Position numbers and translations under genes: made by a program. This document shows positions 60,910-64,000 of a DNA stretch of 64,000 nt, piece by piece. The stretch's first letter is position 1; the number at the start of each line of letters is the position of its first letter. Source of the stretch: an uncultured Flavobacteriaceae bacterium (GTDB taxonomy: Bacteria; Bacteroidota; Bacteroidia; Flavobacteriales; Flavobacteriaceae); the NCBI GenBank assembly GCA_964275555.1, contig CAXYCN010000004.1:58916-122915 (forward strand). Reading direction: 5' to 3'. The notes under the pieces are model-generated. The model did no database searches and had not been told where the DNA came from. It was given only the letters and a program-made list of their open reading frames with translations.

Positions 60910-63747
60910 TTAATGTGCTTCTAGCCAATTTTCTCCTAGTCCTAAATCAACATCTAAGGAAACAGAAAGTTTAAATGCATTTTCCATTTCATATTTAATT
61001 AAAGGTTTTAATATTTCTAATTCTGGTTGATAGATATCGAAAACTAATTCATCATGAACTTGTAATAACATCTTACTTTTATAATTGCCTTCTTCCAGCT
61101 TATTATAAATATTAATCATGGCTTTTTTTATAATATCGGCTGCACTACCTTGGATTGGAGCATTAATAGCATTTCGTTCTGCAGCTCCACGTACAATTGC
61201 ATTGGATGCATTGATTGCATTTAAATACCTTCTTCTTCCTAATACGGTCTGAACGTATCCATTTTCACGAGCAAAATGGATTTGTTCGTTCATAAATTTT
61301 TTAAGTTTAGGATAAGTTTCATAATAGGTCTCAATTAATTCTTTTGCTTCAGAACGGGAAAGATCTGTTTGATTGCTTAAGCCAAAAGCAGAAACACCAT
61401 ATATAATTCCGAAATTAACTGTTTTTGCATTGCTACGTTGTTCTTTGGTTACTTCTTCCAAGGGAACATCAAAAACCTTGGCAGCAGTGGAGGCGTGAAT
61501 ATCTTCACCGTTCTTAAAAGCTTCAATCATGTTGGTTTCTTCACTTAAAGCCGCAATAATACGTAATTCTATTTGTGAATAATCCGCTGCTAATAGGACG
61601 TAGTCTTTATTTCTTGGTATAAAAGCCTTTCTAACTTGACGACCACGCTCGGTACGAATTGGGATATTTTGTAAATTAGGATTGTTGCTACTTAGTCTTC
61701 CTGTTGCCGCAACGGTTTGCATATAATCGGTGTGCACTCGTCCCGTTAAAGTTTCTACTTGAAGCGGTAAGGCATCAACATATGTGCTTTTTAGTTTTGC
61801 AAGACCTCTATATGTTAATATATTTCTTATTATTTCATGGTCTTTAGCTAAATAGGAAAGGACATCTTCTGCAGTTGAATATTGACCCGTTTTGGTTTTT
61901 TTAGGTTTATTAACCAATTTCATTTTTTCAAAAAGAACAATGCCTAATTGTTTTGGTGAAGCAATATTAAATTCTTCATCTGCAGCTTCATAAATTTCGG
62001 AAACTAATTCCTTGATATCTTTATCTAAATCGGAAGCCAATCCATTTAAAAATGGCACATCTAAATTGATGCCTTCTAATTCCATAGCTGCTAAAACACG
62101 TACTAACGGAATTTCAATTTCATTAAATAATTTTTGAACGTTAGCATCCCCTAATTCTTTTTCAAAATGCTCTTTTAATTGAAGCGTGATATCTGCATCT
62201 TCAACAGCATATTCCGTTTGTTTATCAATGGGAACCTCCCGCATGGAAAGTTGATTTTTCCCTTTTTTTCCAATAAGTTCCGTAATTGGAACTGGTGTGT
62301 AGTTGAGGTAAGTCTCAGAAAGCACATTCATATTATGTCTCATATCAGGATTGATCAAATAATGAGCTAACATGGTATCAAATAATTTTCCTTTTACGGA
62401 AACCTTATATTTTGCGAGTACTTTGATATCGTATTTTAAATTCTGACCTATTTTCTGTATGGATTCATTTTCAAAGAAAGGTCTAAGAAGTTCGATTAAA
62501 TCTTGAGCTTCATTTTTATCTTCTGGAAAAGGCAGATAAAATCCTTTACCCACTTCCCAAGAAAATGCAATTCCAACCAACTCAGCCGTAATTGGATTTA
62601 GTCCAGTAGTTTCCGTGTCAAAACATACCGAAGTTTGTTTCAATAGGTTTTGAAGAAATAACTTGGTTCCCATACCGGCTTGAACTGTTTGATAAAAATG
62701 CTCGGTATTTGTAATGCTTTTCCGAGTGCTCTGAGGAGTACTTTCTGAGGGTTCTCCATCGCCACCAAAAAGTGAAAATTGCCCTTGTCCCGCAGTACTA
62801 GGTTCACTTTTTGTGATAAGTTTTTCTGTTGTTTCATCAACCATTTTACTAGAAGTAGTCCCTATATTGGTAAACGTTTTAGTAAAATTATCTATCAATC
62901 GTTTAAATTCTAATTCTTGAAAAAGAGCAGTAACCGTTTCCATATTGGGTTGGGACATTTTAAAATCTTCTTCGTGAAATTCTACAGGAACATCCAGCAT
63001 GATCGTTGCTAATTTTTTAGAGAGAATACCTAAATCTTTAGCATCTTCTACTTTCTCTTTCATTTTCCCTTTTAATTCGTGGGTATTGGCCAATAAACCT
63101 TCCATACTTCCATAAGCAGCAATAAACTTTTTAGCAGTTTTATCACCAACACCGGGTAATCCTGGGATGTTATCACTTGCATCACCCATCATTCCTAAAT
63201 AATCAATCACTTGTTCCGGTCGATCTACTTCAAACTTTTTTTGTATTTCTGGAATTCCCCAAGTTTCATATCCTCCTCCAAACATTGGACGGTACATAAA
63301 AATATTTTCTGAAACCAATTGGGCAAAATCCTTATCTGGAGTAACCATAAAGGTTTGATAACCTTCTTTTTCAGCTTTTTTTGACAGCGTTCCAATAACA
63401 TCATCCGCTTCAAAACCTTCTTTAACCATTATAGGGATGTGCATGGCTTTTAAAATATCATAGATATATGGTATCGCAATTTTTATTGCATCTGGTGTTG
63501 CATCTCGATTGGCTTTGTATTCTGGGAAGGCTTCCTTTCTGTCTTTACTTCCGCCTTTATCAAAACAAACTGCTAAATGGTCGGGACGTTCACGTTTTAT
63601 GACATCTAAAAGAGAATTCATAAAGCCCATAATAGCTGAAGTATCCAATCCTTTGGAATTGATTCTTGGGTTTTTAATAAAGGCATAATAACCTCTAAAT
63701 ATTAAAGCATAAGCATCAACAAGAAATAGGCGTTTTTTATCGGACAT
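60910..63747 (-). CDS. polA: DNA polymerase I
   Basis: 5'-3' exonuclease (LVDAY, EADDVIG), 3'-5' exonuclease (FDTET) and polymerase motifs (TGRLSS, ADYSQIELR, KTVNFGIIYG, QVHDEL). Confidence 0.98.
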   Translation of the reverse strand: MSDKKRLFLVDAYALIFRGYYAFIKNPRINSKGLDTSAIMGFMNSLLDVIKRERPDHLAVCFDKGGSKDRKEAFPEYKANRDATPDAIKIAIPYIYDILKAMHIPIMVKEGFEADDVIGTLSKKAEKEGYQTFMVTPDKDFAQLVSENIFMYRPMFGGGYETWGIPEIQKKFEVDRPEQVIDYLGMMGDASDNIPGLPGVGDKTAKKFIAAYGSMEGLLANTHELKGKMKEKVEDAKDLGILSKKLATIMLDVPVEFHEEDFKMSQPNMETVTALFQELEFKRLIDNFTKTFTNIGTTSSKMVDETTEKLITKSEPSTAGQGQFSLFGGDGEPSESTPQSTRKSITNTEHFYQTVQAGMGTKLFLQNLLKQTSVCFDTETTGLNPITAELVGIAFSWEVGKGFYLPFPEDKNEAQDLIELLRPFFENESIQKIGQNLKYDIKVLAKYKVSVKGKLFDTMLAHYLINPDMRHNMNVLSETYLNYTPVPITELIGKKGKNQLSMREVPIDKQTEYAVEDADITLQLKEHFEKELGDANVQKLFNEIEIPLVRVLAAMELEGINLDVPFLNGLASDLDKDIKELVSEIYEAADEEFNIASPKQLGIVLFEKMKLVNKPKKTKTGQYSTAEDVLSYLAKDHEIIRNILTYRGLAKLKSTYVDALPLQVETLTGRVHTDYMQTVAATGRLSSNNPNLQNIPIRTERGRQVRKAFIPRNKDYVLLAADYSQIELRIIAALSEETNMIEAFKNGEDIHASTAAKVFDVPLEEVTKEQRSNAKTVNFGIIYGVSAFGLSNQTDLSRSEAKELIETYYETYPKLKKFMNEQIHFARENGYVQTVLGRRRYLNAINASNAIVRGAAERNAINAPIQGSAADIIKKAMINIYNKLEEGNYKSKMLLQVHDELVFDIYQPELEILKPLIKYEMENAFKLSVSLDVDLGLGENWLEAH

Positions 63748-64000
63748 AGAGTGTTAATTTAATTTTATAAAGCTACTAAACTTATCCTTCGAATTGAAAC
63801 TCAATTTGTAAATTTTCCTAGTTTTTATATACAACCTATAATCGCCATTTATGTTGGTGCAAAAACCCTTATTAAAGGAATAATGACTCCTAAAAATAGA
63901 TATATATATAAATAAGGTCTATATATAGGTTATCACTTATTAGTATCCTTGACATTTTTTTTAGTTTTTGTATCTTTTCACATTCTAAAAAACCAATATG

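Noticed and set aside
1202-63413. Many short ORFs in the track that overlap real genes (e.g. 1202-1615, 36767-37210, 52678-52977, 55691-56074, 62640-62840)
   Set aside because: They are antisense or alternate-frame shadows of well-supported genes, with no recognisable motifs or independent start context.
63750-64000. AT-rich region upstream of polA with a (TA)n run and hydrophobic fragments on the - strand
   Set aside because: Multiple stops, truncation by the window edge and no recognisable motif.
1-64000. CRISPR arrays, IS elements, rRNA, prophage
   Set aside because: No regularly spaced 25-45-bp repeats, and no transposase, integrase, phage structural gene or rRNA-like sequence was seen.

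Overview
AT-rich chromosomal window from a Flavobacteriaceae (Bacteroidota) genome. This is inferred from TAnnTTTG promoters, a T9SS C-terminal-domain protein and the gene order. Most of it is housekeeping: ctpA (partial), nrdB-nrdA with an ATP cone on NrdB, dgt, dxs, aspS, a TetR-TolC-MFP-RND efflux operon, sucA/sucB, tatD, ansA, tRNA-Ser(GGA), an exbB-exbD-exbD cluster, rpoN, asnS, frr-pyrH-tsf-rpsB-rpsI-rplM and polA. Two regions stand out. (1) A phosphate-acquisition island (5976-15423: PiT-PhoU transporter, OprO/P-type porin, small secreted MORN-like protein, TonB receptor and surface beta-helix lipoprotein). Three of its promoters carry exactly phased 11-bp GTTA/TAAC repeats at identical spacing to a degenerate -7 box, and a fourth carries similar repeats, giving a candidate Pho-box regulon. 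(2) An accessory six-gene cluster between rplM and polA (54601-60797: nucleoside phosphorylase, GT2 and flippase, converging on a wHTH-nucleotidyltransferase, a B12-dependent radical SAM enzyme and a methyltransferase). Its product is unknown, and it is the best candidate here for an undescribed biosynthetic or modification system. Four genes (M36 peptidase, a PAP2-like gene, rpoN, asnS) carry net +1 frameshifts that are probably assembly indels. Several intergenic regions look like eroded gene remnants. No CRISPR array, rRNA, IS element or prophage was seen.
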